This document shows, piece after piece, positions 39,094 to 49,356 of a stretch of DNA of 64,000 bases. Under the pieces are notes generated by a model. It saw only the letters and a list, made by a program, of their open reading frames with translations, was not told the DNA's origin and searched no databases. Position 1 is the stretch's first letter. Each line of letters begins with the position of its first letter. Both the position numbers and the translations under genes were made by a program. The stretch is from Clostridia bacterium (GTDB taxonomy: Bacteria; Bacillota; Clostridia; Monoglobales; Monoglobaceae): assembly GCA_045645905.1 (NCBI GenBank), contig JAZRJT010000016.1, positions 784 to 64,783 on the forward strand, given 5' to 3'.

Positions 39094-40245
39094 TTATTCT
39101 TCTACCGATTTAATCTGACTATTTTTCAAATCGATTTCATAATTTGTAAACCATTCGGAATGGTAGCGGTCAACGTGTTTAAAAGTAACCTTTTCATTTT
39201 CTTTATCAATTACTAAACTATGCGGTGAACAATTTCTCTTTTGAATCTGGACGTCATAATCAATATATGTTCCGTCATCAAAAACCTGCAAAAGATAATA
39301 CGCTGTCCATGATGTTCCTGCCGTCGACAGATAAATGAAAGAATAATTATCTGTGTCAAAGCGTTCTTTTGGGCCACCAACGTGATGATACATTAAGAAA
39401 TGTGAGATAATATCTTCTCTTGTCTTGTGCGGATCTGGTGTATAAGTTTTCTCAGCTTCCTTAACCTTTTCAGGATAATAATATGTAAATGCAGTAAATT
39501 TATAATCCTTTGACGGTCTGCGGAAGTAATATCCTATTACCTCTTCACCTGCCTTTATGGGCAATACAACTTCAATTTCTGTATTGTCCGTTACATAATC
39601 AGGAAAATTAAAGTGTTCTTGATAACCACCGCAATGCAATACTTCCTCAAAGGTGGCAGTCATTTCGGTCATATCTTCATTTGCTGTTATAATTATATTC
39701 TTATCATTCGAGATAGCTTTTGGACTTCCATACAAAAACTCAAGGCTTATTGTGCGGTCTGTCTCGTTCCAGATATACCTGCCACCGATAGGCGAAAATG
39801 CTTTGTCATACCCTAAGTCTTCTATTGCAACTGCAGTCTTTCCGCCAAGATTATATGCGGGAACGATAACGTCATAAACTGATGTTTTAATATCTGTTTT
39901 GTATATATTTCCTATAACCTTACCGGACACAGTTTTGTCCTCTGCTTTTTCTTCAACCAGATAAGACGGAGCCAGTGAAAAGAACTTCAGTGTACGCAAA
40001 GAATCATTGTAACTATACTGATGTGCATTTTCGTTTAGTATATCCTCAATAACTACGGCAGTTTTGCCACCTATGTTATATGACTTCACTTCAACACCAT
40101 TTATATATGCACGAATATCTGTTGAATATATACGCCCTGCAATATCCCCATTTGCCGCCAATACTGTTGCTGACATAATGAATATAATCGTCAAAGCCAA
40201 AAATAATATTGATAATTTTTTCATTGTATAAACTCCCCTCATCAA
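39094..40245 (-). CDS. secreted hypothetical protein with two tandem ~80-aa repeats
   Basis: 383 aa with a signal peptide (LSILFLALTIIFIMSATVLA). The repeats are IAGRIYSTDIRAYINGVEVKSYNIGGKTAVVIEDIL and VIGNIYKTDIKTSVYDVIVPAYNLGGKTAVAIEDLG. I do not recognise the remainder. Confidence 0.7.
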   Translation of the reverse strand: MMRGVYTMKKLSILFLALTIIFIMSATVLAANGDIAGRIYSTDIRAYINGVEVKSYNIGGKTAVVIEDILNENAHQYSYNDSLRTLKFFSLAPSYLVEEKAEDKTVSGKVIGNIYKTDIKTSVYDVIVPAYNLGGKTAVAIEDLGYDKAFSPIGGRYIWNETDRTISLEFLYGSPKAISNDKNIIITANEDMTEMTATFEEVLHCGGYQEHFNFPDYVTDNTEIEVVLPIKAGEEVIGYYFRRPSKDYKFTAFTYYYPEKVKEAEKTYTPDPHKTREDIISHFLMYHHVGGPKERFDTDNYSFIYLSTAGTSWTAYYLLQVFDDGTYIDYDVQIQKRNCSPHSLVIDKENEKVTFKHVDRYHSEWFTNYEIDLKNSQIKSVEE

Positions 40246-41393
40246 TAATCCAAAACACTCATATCATAACCCTCAAAAGTTTCGTCAACCATATTGCGGA
40301 ATCTTTCTACGCTGACAGCACCATCGTGCGTGGCAACACCATGTCCCACCGCAATGTCATTCGAATACTCCTTTAAGGGATAGACATCAAATATCGTATA
40401 TGTTGTGTCATAATGTGTGACAATTGGCATAAAAGAATAATCCGAAATTACAACATCCTCTCCGTCATAAGTAAGTGTTACATCAGCAACACCACCCAGA
40501 AGATTACGTGCCTCAAGTTGTCGCGACACAAAATTTCCAAGGGAATAATACACAAGCATTTCGTTACCATTTTCGCTTGTTATCCACGCTACAGGCTCAA
40601 TCACGTGTGGATGTGAACCAATTATCAAATCAACACCCCATTGGCACATTTTTTCAGCCAAATCCTTTTGCACTTGGTCGGGTGAAATTGAATACTCGGT
40701 TCCCCAATGCATAAATGCAATTGTAAAGTCGGCATTTTCTTCTGCATATCTGGCATCTGAATGAATTTTTTCTTCATCAATCAGATTTACAAGATACTCC
40801 TTATCGGCAGGAATTGCAATGCCATTTGTGCCATAAGTATAGTTAAGCATCGCAATCTTTGCTCCCTTTACTTCTTTTATATCAATTGTATACTTATCCA
40901 TCTCGCTTTCGTTAATTCCAAGAACAGTTACACCAGGATAATCTGACCAAAACGTCAGGGTATTTTCAACGCCCACAGTCAGCTTATCCATAACGTGATT
41001 TGATGCGTGCAGAACAACATCAAACCCCTCGTTTACCAATGTTTTTCCCATATCCGACGGCGAATTAAAAAGCGGATATCCCGAATAACCCATCTCCTTG
41101 CCGGCAAAAACGGTCTCCTGACCGATGACCGAAATATCTGCATCACGGATTTCAGGTTGCAATTTATCAAAGAAATGTGTATAATCATATGTTCCGTCTG
41201 CCCTTTTTCCGCTGTTAATCACCGGCATATGCAACAAATTATCTCCAAGTGCCAAAATAGAGATTGTTTCATTTACCGTTTCGGTAAATGCAGGAGAAAC
41301 CTCTTCTTCTGCCTTTTTGCAGCCCGATAAACTCAGTCCAACCAATAAAACCGCAATAATTGTTTTTATATTTCTTCTAACCATTTTTGTCAC
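40242..41393 (-). CDS. CapA-family (PGA_cap, metallophosphatase-like) lipoprotein
   Basis: 383 aa. It has the lipobox LSLSGCK and the motifs ILALGDNLLH, HASNH, HWGTEY and GSHPHV. Confidence 0.82.
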   Translation of the reverse strand: MTKMVRRNIKTIIAVLLVGLSLSGCKKAEEEVSPAFTETVNETISILALGDNLLHMPVINSGKRADGTYDYTHFFDKLQPEIRDADISVIGQETVFAGKEMGYSGYPLFNSPSDMGKTLVNEGFDVVLHASNHVMDKLTVGVENTLTFWSDYPGVTVLGINESEMDKYTIDIKEVKGAKIAMLNYTYGTNGIAIPADKEYLVNLIDEEKIHSDARYAEENADFTIAFMHWGTEYSISPDQVQKDLAEKMCQWGVDLIIGSHPHVIEPVAWITSENGNEMLVYYSLGNFVSRQLEARNLLGGVADVTLTYDGEDVVISDYSFMPIVTHYDTTYTIFDVYPLKEYSNDIAVGHGVATHDGAVSVERFRNMVDETFEGYDMSVLDY

Positions 41394-41426
41394 CTTGTGT
41401 AAACTTTTTTCAAATACATTTTAACA

Positions 41427-41454
41427 GCCTTGCAAAACCAAAGTTTTGCAAGGC
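41427..41454 (-). terminator. terminator-like hairpin after hpf
   Basis: GCCTTGCAAAAC-(4 nt)-GTTTTGCAAGGC is a 12-bp perfect stem. The U-tract is weak. Confidence 0.5.
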
Positions 41455-41476
41455 CTTAAATCTATGTTATATTATT

Positions 41477-42013
41477 CTATTCTACTTCAATCAGGCCATA
41501 GTCACCGTCTTTGCGTTTGTAAACAATCTCAAGTTTCATTGTATCAGCCTGACGGAAAATAAAGAAATCATGGTCCAGCATATTCATCTGAAGAACTGCT
41601 TCCTCTGCTGTCATTGGTTTGGATTCAATCTTCTTTTTCTTAATAATGCTGAACTCTTTATCTTCGTCCAGAATATCATCAACGGTTTCGACAACTGATG
41701 CATAACTCTCAATGCCGGGCTGGCGCAAGTGTTTTGCAAGCTTTGTCTTGTTTTTTCTAATCTGCCTGTCAAGCTTAGCCAAACAGTCATCAGCGGCAAT
41801 CAGAAGATCCTTATTTCGTGCCTCTGCTCTGAAAACAAAGCCTTTGTTTACAAATGTTATTTCCATAACTATTTCATTTTTCTGCTCTGCAATCAGAATC
41901 TTACATTCCAGGTCTGCATCAAAAAACTTGTCAAGCTTTTTTATTTTGCTCAATAGTTTTTCTTTTCTGGTGTCAGACAATTCCACTTTTTTGCAAATAA
42001 CGTTATACTTCAT
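41477..42013 (-). CDS. hpf: ribosome hibernation promoting factor (long HPF)
   Basis: Start MKYNVICKKVELSD at 42013, with GGAGG 8 nt upstream. It has an N-terminal RaiA/S30AE fold and the C-terminal dimerisation domain KPMTAEEAVLQMNMLDHDFFIFRQ. Confidence 0.9.
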   Translation of the reverse strand: MKYNVICKKVELSDTRKEKLLSKIKKLDKFFDADLECKILIAEQKNEIVMEITFVNKGFVFRAEARNKDLLIAADDCLAKLDRQIRKNKTKLAKHLRQPGIESYASVVETVDDILDEDKEFSIIKKKKIESKPMTAEEAVLQMNMLDHDFFIFRQADTMKLEIVYKRKDGDYGLIEVE

Positions 42014-42071
42014 ACTTCTTGCCTCCGTTCCGATAATCTTTTGGAAAACATATTTATGTTTCCTTGCATTA

Positions 42072-42100
42072 ATTATACTATATTTGAGGCAAATTTGCAA
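42072..42100 (-). promoter_or_regulatory. sigma-A promoter of hpf
   Basis: Minus strand: TTGCAA, 17 nt, TATAAT. Confidence 0.6.
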
Positions 42101-42141
42101 GTATTTCACGTAATATTATATACAGAATTTGTTAATTTTTA

Positions 42142-43311
42142 TTAACAAAACAGTGTGTCAATATCAATAACCGCATTAAATCGGCTGTCAAGCTCTGCAA
42201 GTCTTTTAGCTATCTCTGCCTTTAATGCATCAGTATCACCAATATCAGTCGGCACCTCAACATCAAAAATGAGATTAATGTTATTGTTTCCGTCAACTAT
42301 ACGAAAATCGTGAATATTCATTCTCTCATCAATTGATTTGACAATTTGCTGCACACGAAGCCGTGTTTCTGCTGTATATTCGCAATCTACAGAAATAGGG
42401 TCCATATGAATTACAATATGAATACCAAGTTCATCATTGATTTTATGCTCCAACGTGTCAATAACCTCGTGAATTTCAACCACATCACAATTGTCGGGAA
42501 CCTCTGCATGAACAGATGCCAAAACTCTGCCCGGGCCGTAATCATGCACGATTAAGTCATGTACCCCTACAACTCCATCGGCTTCCAGTACCATAGTGCG
42601 TATATACTTACTCAGTTCAGGATCAGGGGTTGTACCCAGCAAAAGTCCTATTGTATCAGATGTGATGCCAAAACCCGAATATATAATCATCAGCGACACA
42701 ACAGTGCCCACTATGCCGTCAAGTCGCGGAAAATCAATAAATTTACCCGCAAGCGAGGTAAAAATAACCGCCGAGGTCGCCACAACATCATTAAGGCTGT
42801 CTTTTGCTGTAGCAAGGACGGCACTTGAATTAACAGTTTTTCCCATAGTGAGATTTAAGCGGTACATCCAAAATTTTACGGGGAGCGACAAACATAAAAA
42901 ACCCACAAGCCACGGAGATATTACAATGACCTCAGGATTGATTATTTTTTGCACAGAGCCTTTAAAAAGCTCAACCCCTACTAAAATTATAATAAACGAT
43001 ACAATAAGTGATGAAATATATTCGTATCTGCCATGGCCAAAGGGATGCTCCTTGTCAGGCTTTTTGCGGCTGAGTTTTGCACCTATAATTGTAACAACCG
43101 ATGAACCCATATCCGAAAGATTATTAAATGCATCGGATATTATGGCAATACTTCGCATAGAAGCACCTATCACAAATTTAAGAATAAACAGCACAAAATT
43201 GCATATAATCCCCATTATGCCTGCAGTCATACAGACTTTGGTCCGTACTTCAGCGGATGTAATATCACATCCGGCAGTCAATCTTTTAATTAAGTATTTT
43301 GTCAAGGTCAT
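42142..43311 (-). CDS. cation diffusion facilitator (CDF) family transporter
   Basis: 389 aa. It has the ISDAFNNLSDMGSS and HPFGHGRYEY motifs, six TM segments, and a C-terminal cytoplasmic domain. Confidence 0.88.
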   Translation of the reverse strand: MTLTKYLIKRLTAGCDITSAEVRTKVCMTAGIMGIICNFVLFILKFVIGASMRSIAIISDAFNNLSDMGSSVVTIIGAKLSRKKPDKEHPFGHGRYEYISSLIVSFIIILVGVELFKGSVQKIINPEVIVISPWLVGFLCLSLPVKFWMYRLNLTMGKTVNSSAVLATAKDSLNDVVATSAVIFTSLAGKFIDFPRLDGIVGTVVSLMIIYSGFGITSDTIGLLLGTTPDPELSKYIRTMVLEADGVVGVHDLIVHDYGPGRVLASVHAEVPDNCDVVEIHEVIDTLEHKINDELGIHIVIHMDPISVDCEYTAETRLRVQQIVKSIDERMNIHDFRIVDGNNNINLIFDVEVPTDIGDTDALKAEIAKRLAELDSRFNAVIDIDTLFC

Positions 43312-43322
43312 CTAACCTCCGA

Positions 43323-46300
43323 TTATTTTACTTTTTTAACAGAATCTTCACCCAAAACTCCTTCAAGAGCAGGGATGCATTTATCATTTTTAATCCACAT
43401 TGACCGTGGTGCCTGAAAAGTCTCTTTTGTATCCTCATAATAAATTAAAACAGGTACCAAACCGCTCTCACCGCTGAGAATAGCCTTAACTTTATCAAGC
43501 TTTTCTTTTTCGTCTGACCTTAATTTAAGATAAAGCTTCTTAAAATCAAGAACCGAGGTATCAAGAAGTTCAATTTCTTCAAGCCTGATTTTAGGCAATC
43601 TTTCCTCCTGAATATCCAGATTGCCCTGAAGAAGACATATATTTTCTTCCTGAAGAACTGCATCAAACCTTCTGACCTGTGACGGAAACACAATAACTTC
43701 TATTTCTCCCGTCAGGTCTTCAAAGGTTACATAAAGCATAAGGTCACCGCGTTTTGTCAGCTGTTCGCGGCGTTTTGAAATCATTCCGCCGATTTTAACC
43801 TTCATATCGGATGCAAACTTGCCATCTTCATTTTCGGTAATTTCAAGAACATTGGTGCTGGAATTGCGGTTAATTACCTCCTCGAGTCCGTCAAGTGGAT
43901 GACCCGATACATATACGCCCATATATTCCTTTTCGGCATTCAGCAAATCACGCTTGGGCATTTCAGCAAAGGTGGGAAAATCGTCTTTTATCACAGCTTC
44001 CTCATCTTCAAACAGGCTGAAGAAATCAAGCTGACCTTCAACCGCATTCTTCTGTTCGCGAACAGCAGAATCAATAACGCTTTCGTAAACGCTAAGCAGC
44101 ACCGAACGATGAAGGTTAAGGCTATCAAATGCTCCGCTCTTTATCAACGATTCTACAAGACGCTTATTCAGCTTTTTAGGAGCCATTCGCTTACAAAATT
44201 CTCGGAATGAGGTAAACTCACCGTTTTCTTCCCGTTCTTTCGCCATATCGTCAATAAATGACGAGCCTACATTTTTTATTGCAGCAAGCCCAAAACGGAT
44301 ATCTTTGCCCTCAGGAATAAAACTGGTAAAGCTCTTGTTTATATCGGGTGGCAAAAGTTTTATTCCACGTTTTTTTGCCTCGTTTATATGCTTGGTAATC
44401 TTGGTTGAATTACCTAAAATGCTGGTAAGCAACGCCGCGTAAAATTCTGTTGGATAGTGACATTTAAGCCAAGCCGTCTGGTAAGAAACAAAGGCATACG
44501 CCGCCGCGTGTGACTTGTTGAAGGCATACTTTGCAAAATCCATCATCTCATCAAAGATTGAAACCGCAGTCTTTTCATCAATACCGCGGCTGATTGCACC
44601 TTCAACCTCTGTCCCGCCTGCATCATTCTTTATACCATAGACAAAGTTTTTACGTTCCTGCTCCATCACATCGGTCTTCTTTTTTGACATTGCACGACGT
44701 ACCAAATCGGCACGTCCCAACGAATAACCGCCAAGCTCACGCACAATCTGCATAACCTGCTCCTGATACACTATACAGCCATAGGTTACATTGAGTATCG
44801 GCTCAAGCATAGGATGCTTATATTTTATGTTTCCGCTGTTTTTATTTGCAATATATTGAGGGATGGAATCCATCGGGCCCGGTCTGTATAACGAAATTCC
44901 AGCAATTACATCTTCAATTGAGCTTGGCTGGAGTTCCTTCATAAACTCCTTCATGCCGCCGCTTTCAAGCTGAAAAACTCCATCGGTATCACCCTTTGAG
45001 ATAAGTGCAAAGGTCTCGGGGTCAGTCATATCTACGCTGTCCATATCAATATCAATACCATGAGTCAGCTTTATATTATTTACAGCATCACGTATTACCG
45101 TAAGGGTACGAAGGCCAAGAAAGTCCATCTTTAATAAACCCAGACGCTCGATTGTCGTCATTGTAAACTGGGTTGTTATAACATCATCATTTCGTGAAAG
45201 CGGAACATAGGTCTGCACCGGCTCACGAGTGATAACCACCCCTGCGGCGTGGGTTGATGTATGCCTGGGAAGTCCCTCAAATTCAGAGGAAATATCAATC
45301 AAACGCTTAACCTGAGGGTCTGTATCGTACATAAATTTAAGCTGCTTATTTTCCTCAAGAGCACCCTTGATTGTTATATTAAGTTCATTAGGTATCTGTT
45401 TTGCAACACTATCAACAAAGCTGTATGGCATATCAAGTGCTCTGCCCGTATCGCGGATTGCAAGCTTTGCTGCCATTGTACCAAAGGTTACAATCTGTGC
45501 AACCCTATCTGTTCCATACTTTTTATTTACGTAGTCAATTACCTCTCCTCGACGTTCATAACAAAAGTCTATATCAATATCGGGCATTGTTACACGCTCA
45601 GGGTTAAGAAATCTTTCAAAAATCAGTTCATACTTTATTGGGTCAATATTGGTAATTTCAAGGCAGTATGAAACTATACTTCCGGCGGCACTGCCTCGGC
45701 CCGGACCCACCATAATGCCGTTTTCACGGGCAAAATGAATAAAATCCCATACAATCAAAAAATAATCTACATAGCCCATTGCCTCGATGGTGCTAAGCTC
45801 ATATTCAAGTCGCTCGCGAAGACTATCGTCCGCATCAGGATATCTTTTTTCAAAACCCTTAATGCATAGCTCACGCAAATACTGTGGTGAAGTATAGCCT
45901 TCGGGGAGAGCAAATTCAGGAAGGTGTAGCTTACCGAATTCAATATCGACATTGCACATATCCGCAATTTTTTGAGTGTTTTCAATGGCTTCGGGAATAT
46001 ATGAAAACAGCTCCTTCATTTCATCCTCGGATTTTACAAACATCTCCTGAGTTGACATTTTCATTCTGTCATCGTCTGTAACTGTTTTTCCCATCTGAAT
46101 GCACATCAGTATGTCCTGAAACTCTGCATCCTCTCGTTTTACATAATGTATGTCATTGGTTGCAACAACTCCTAAATCAAGTTCCCTTGCAAGTCGGATA
46201 AGCTCACGATTGAGCATCTTTTGTTCAAAAATCCCGTGATCCTGAATTTCTATAAAATAATTTTCTTTTCCAAAAATATCAATAAACTCAAGTGCGGAAG

Positions 46301-46766
46301 TCTTTGCACCCTCATAATCGCCATTTAATATCTTTTTAGAAAGCACACCTATCATACAGGCACTCAGGGCAATTATTCCCTCGCTGTTTTGACGAAGAAC
46401 CTCCATATCTATACGGGGCTTATAATAAAAACCGTCAACGTAGCCGATTGATACTATGTTCATCAGGTTTTTATATCCCTCATTGTTTTTCGCAAGTAAA
46501 ATAAGGTGAGAGCTTGATGCATCAAGCTCGTGAATTTTATCGTGTCTTCCGCGCGCCGCCACATAAACCTCGCACCCTAAAACCGGCTTTATACCAATAC
46601 TTTTTGCGTATTCATAAAAGTCTATAACACCAAACATACAGCCATGGTCGGTTATAGCCATAGAAGTCTGACCAAGCTCCTTGGCACGGTCAAGAATTTT
46701 CTTTATTGTACCTTCGCCATCCAAAAGGCTGAAGGCTGTATGTGTATGTAAATGTGCAAACGCCAT
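43323..46766 (-). CDS. dnaE: DNA polymerase III alpha subunit (DnaE type)
   Basis: 1147 aa. It has the PHP N-terminus FAHLHTHTAFSLLDG, a pol-IIIalpha core (PDIDIDF) and a C-terminal OB fold. Confidence 0.96.
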   Translation of the reverse strand: MAFAHLHTHTAFSLLDGEGTIKKILDRAKELGQTSMAITDHGCMFGVIDFYEYAKSIGIKPVLGCEVYVAARGRHDKIHELDASSSHLILLAKNNEGYKNLMNIVSIGYVDGFYYKPRIDMEVLRQNSEGIIALSACMIGVLSKKILNGDYEGAKTSALEFIDIFGKENYFIEIQDHGIFEQKMLNRELIRLARELDLGVVATNDIHYVKREDAEFQDILMCIQMGKTVTDDDRMKMSTQEMFVKSEDEMKELFSYIPEAIENTQKIADMCNVDIEFGKLHLPEFALPEGYTSPQYLRELCIKGFEKRYPDADDSLRERLEYELSTIEAMGYVDYFLIVWDFIHFARENGIMVGPGRGSAAGSIVSYCLEITNIDPIKYELIFERFLNPERVTMPDIDIDFCYERRGEVIDYVNKKYGTDRVAQIVTFGTMAAKLAIRDTGRALDMPYSFVDSVAKQIPNELNITIKGALEENKQLKFMYDTDPQVKRLIDISSEFEGLPRHTSTHAAGVVITREPVQTYVPLSRNDDVITTQFTMTTIERLGLLKMDFLGLRTLTVIRDAVNNIKLTHGIDIDMDSVDMTDPETFALISKGDTDGVFQLESGGMKEFMKELQPSSIEDVIAGISLYRPGPMDSIPQYIANKNSGNIKYKHPMLEPILNVTYGCIVYQEQVMQIVRELGGYSLGRADLVRRAMSKKKTDVMEQERKNFVYGIKNDAGGTEVEGAISRGIDEKTAVSIFDEMMDFAKYAFNKSHAAAYAFVSYQTAWLKCHYPTEFYAALLTSILGNSTKITKHINEAKKRGIKLLPPDINKSFTSFIPEGKDIRFGLAAIKNVGSSFIDDMAKEREENGEFTSFREFCKRMAPKKLNKRLVESLIKSGAFDSLNLHRSVLLSVYESVIDSAVREQKNAVEGQLDFFSLFEDEEAVIKDDFPTFAEMPKRDLLNAEKEYMGVYVSGHPLDGLEEVINRNSSTNVLEITENEDGKFASDMKVKIGGMISKRREQLTKRGDLMLYVTFEDLTGEIEVIVFPSQVRRFDAVLQEENICLLQGNLDIQEERLPKIRLEEIELLDTSVLDFKKLYLKLRSDEKEKLDKVKAILSGESGLVPVLIYYEDTKETFQAPRSMWIKNDKCIPALEGVLGEDSVKKVK

Positions 46767-46792
46767 AATACTTTACCTTTTCTTTCTTTATC

Positions 46793-47668
46793 TCAAAGTT
46801 TTTCTGCAATGTCAAGAAGTTTTTTAAGTCGGTGGTTTACACCTGATTTTGACAGTGGCGGTGTAAGTCTTTTGCCAAGTTCCACAAGACTTAAATCCTT
46901 ATTTTCCTTTCGCATAACGGCAATATCACGTAATTCGTCGGGCAGATTGTCGAGCCCCATTCTGTCTTCTATTTTGGCGATTGCCGTCATATGTCTGCTT
47001 GAAGCCTCAATCACCTTATCCATATTTGCCGTTTCACCGTTTGATGTCCGGGTAAGATTGCTTCTTACCTCGCGCTCGATTTTTATATTTAAAATTTCCA
47101 TCTGCGACCCAAATGCCCCCATATAAGCAAGAGCATCACATATTATGTCACTGTTTTTTGTATAAAGAACATAGCTGTTTTTTTTCACAATGCTGTTTAA
47201 AGCAATTCCCATCTCCTGCAAAAGATTTTTGAATTGGTCGTGAATTCTCTTGCTGTATGTGACAATTTCCATATTGTATGTTTTTTGCGGGTCGGTCATT
47301 GTTCCGCCGCCCAAAAATACACCGCGCAAAAAAGCACCACGGCAACATTCCGATTTTACAAAGGTTTCTGAAATTTCTGATGTAGAAAGTTCATACTCGA
47401 GTATTTTTGAAAGAATTCTTTTATCATCTAAAGTACAAAAAAAGCTGCTTTTAAGGCTTTCGATTGTAATTTCGACATCCAGACAATTTTTAAGGAGCAT
47501 CCCGAACCGTTCAATTGCTTCACGACTTTCAAGGGATACTCTTACCTGATTACCCCTAAACTTTCCGGCAAACATAATGATTCCCATCATCTCGGCCTCG
47601 CAACAACAAAGCTCACCGCAGTCTATGCGGCATAAGGCGTCTTTGGTCCTTTTTGAAAAAGATTTCAT
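46793..47668 (-). CDS. whiA: DNA-binding protein WhiA
   Basis: 291 aa. It has degenerate LAGLIDADG-like repeats (FLRGVFLGGG) and a C-terminal HTH (LSLVELGKRLTPPLSKSGVNHRLKKL). Confidence 0.9.
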   Translation of the reverse strand: MKSFSKRTKDALCRIDCGELCCCEAEMMGIIMFAGKFRGNQVRVSLESREAIERFGMLLKNCLDVEITIESLKSSFFCTLDDKRILSKILEYELSTSEISETFVKSECCRGAFLRGVFLGGGTMTDPQKTYNMEIVTYSKRIHDQFKNLLQEMGIALNSIVKKNSYVLYTKNSDIICDALAYMGAFGSQMEILNIKIEREVRSNLTRTSNGETANMDKVIEASSRHMTAIAKIEDRMGLDNLPDELRDIAVMRKENKDLSLVELGKRLTPPLSKSGVNHRLKKLLDIAEKL

Positions 47669-47694
47669 CTGCGGTATCCCCCTCCGGTATTTTT

Positions 47695-48591
47695 TTAAAA
47701 TTCGCCAATCATCTTGACTTCAGGTTCAAGAATAACTCCCGATTTTTCATAAACAGTTTTCTTAATATGTTCAATCAAATTGTAAACATCTTGTGCCGTT
47801 GCCCCGCCTGTGTTAATAACAAAGCCTGCGTGCTTTTCAGACACCTGAGCACCGCCTATGGAATAACCTTTAAGCCCTGCCTGTTCAATAAGTGTGCCTG
47901 CAAAATAACCCGTTGGCCGTTTAAATGTACTGCCTGCACTTGGTTTTTCAATGGGTTGTTTTGATACCCTACGCTGTGTATAATCAGCAATTTGTGCCTT
48001 TATTTCATCAACATCACCGGGTTTTAATTTTAAAGTGCAACCAAGAATTATATAATTACCGCACGCAAACTTGCTTGTACGGTATCCAAACTCACATTCT
48101 TCCCCGGGAATTTCATAAATATTCCCTTGAATATCCATATACTCTACGGATTTTATTATCTCCTTCATTTCGTGGTTATATGCCCCTGCATTCATATAAA
48201 CGGCACCGCCAACCGAGCCCGGAATTCCCGATGAAAATTCTGTCCCAGTAAGTCCTGCACCAACAGCAGCATTTGACACCCGTGACAGTATAGCACCTGA
48301 CTCTGCATAAATCTCATCACCACAAACTTTTATCGAATCCATATTTTTAAGGCAGACAACTGCCCCGCGAATTCCCTTGTCGCCCACAAGCAAGTTAGAA
48401 CCATTTCCCAATATGAAGCACGGAAGACCTGTATCGTTTATTGCTTTAAGTGTCTGCGACAACTGCTCCTTTGTATCAGGCATCAAAAACCAGTCTGCAT
48501 TGCCACCTATTTTAAAAGTAGTATGACGGCTCATAGGCTCGTCTGTAAGAACATTTTTCTCACCAAGAATATTTTCAAAAATTTCACGCAT
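47695..48591 (-). CDS. murB: UDP-N-acetylenolpyruvoylglucosamine reductase
   Basis: 298 aa. It has an FAD-binding PCMH domain (TTFKIGGNADWF, LGNGSNLL) and a C-terminal GSTFKRP motif. Confidence 0.94.
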   Translation of the reverse strand: MREIFENILGEKNVLTDEPMSRHTTFKIGGNADWFLMPDTKEQLSQTLKAINDTGLPCFILGNGSNLLVGDKGIRGAVVCLKNMDSIKVCGDEIYAESGAILSRVSNAAVGAGLTGTEFSSGIPGSVGGAVYMNAGAYNHEMKEIIKSVEYMDIQGNIYEIPGEECEFGYRTSKFACGNYIILGCTLKLKPGDVDEIKAQIADYTQRRVSKQPIEKPSAGSTFKRPTGYFAGTLIEQAGLKGYSIGGAQVSEKHAGFVINTGGATAQDVYNLIEHIKKTVYEKSGVILEPEVKMIGEF

Positions 48592-48612
48592 AATTTTAAT
48601 TCACCTTTCGGA

Positions 48613-49353
48613 TTATTCATCAAAGGTTTTAAATTCAAAACTTCGGTTTTTCTTTGCCGATATATATTTTATGAATCTTTCGGCATTTAAATTCATAATT
48701 AAATCTTCTGGAAAGTCCATCTGTTCAAGCATAGCAACCGCATTTTTAACATGACCGATTCCTGCCATAAAATGAGCGTCCGAATTTACAACTATCGGTG
48801 CACCGTACTTTTTGCAAGCCAGGGCTATCTCACGGCACCGCTCCACATTCTGCGGTCTTGATATAAATGTGTGATTATTAATTTCTATACACACATTCTT
48901 TTCCTTTGCATAGGGAACTACTTTATCTATATCAAAAAGATAATCGGGCGAGCCTATATGCCCAAGTATATCAACAAAAGGGTTATCAATTACATTCAGC
49001 CACGTTTCGGTATGGTCGCCGCCCTTTTCTTCGTGATAAGTGTCGTTATGAATTGACGCGATAACCAATTCCATAATCCCAAGTATTGAAGGTGGCATAT
49101 CAAGTCCGCCCAAATGGTCTGTCACATTTGCCTCGGTACCACACAAAAGCTTTACACCCTCAATAACGCGTGGAATTGCCTTAAAGTATGCAAAGTGCCA
49201 CCAATGAGGCGAGTCAGGCATTGAAATACCGTGATTGGTCATCGCAACAAGCTCAAGCCCCTTATCCCTTGCCGCACACATATTTTCATAAAGAGTGCTG
49301 TATGCATGGGGTGATACGTTTGTATGTGTGTGAATATCTGTAAGAATTTTCAT
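48613..49353 (-). CDS. PHP-domain phosphatase (YcdX-like)
   Basis: 246 aa: DIHTHTNVSPHAY, with further His/Asp metal ligands spaced as in the PHP family. Confidence 0.8.
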   Translation of the reverse strand: MKILTDIHTHTNVSPHAYSTLYENMCAARDKGLELVAMTNHGISMPDSPHWWHFAYFKAIPRVIEGVKLLCGTEANVTDHLGGLDMPPSILGIMELVIASIHNDTYHEEKGGDHTETWLNVIDNPFVDILGHIGSPDYLFDIDKVVPYAKEKNVCIEINNHTFISRPQNVERCREIALACKKYGAPIVVNSDAHFMAGIGHVKNAVAMLEQMDFPEDLIMNLNAERFIKYISAKKNRSFEFKTFDE

Positions 49354-49356
49354 TAA

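Noticed and set aside
42596-43315. The 239-aa plus-strand ORF covering the CDF transporter locus.
   Set aside because: It is an antisense shadow ORF of a well-supported minus-strand CDF gene. Its composition is low-complexity and Ser/Thr/Ile-rich, and it has no RBS.
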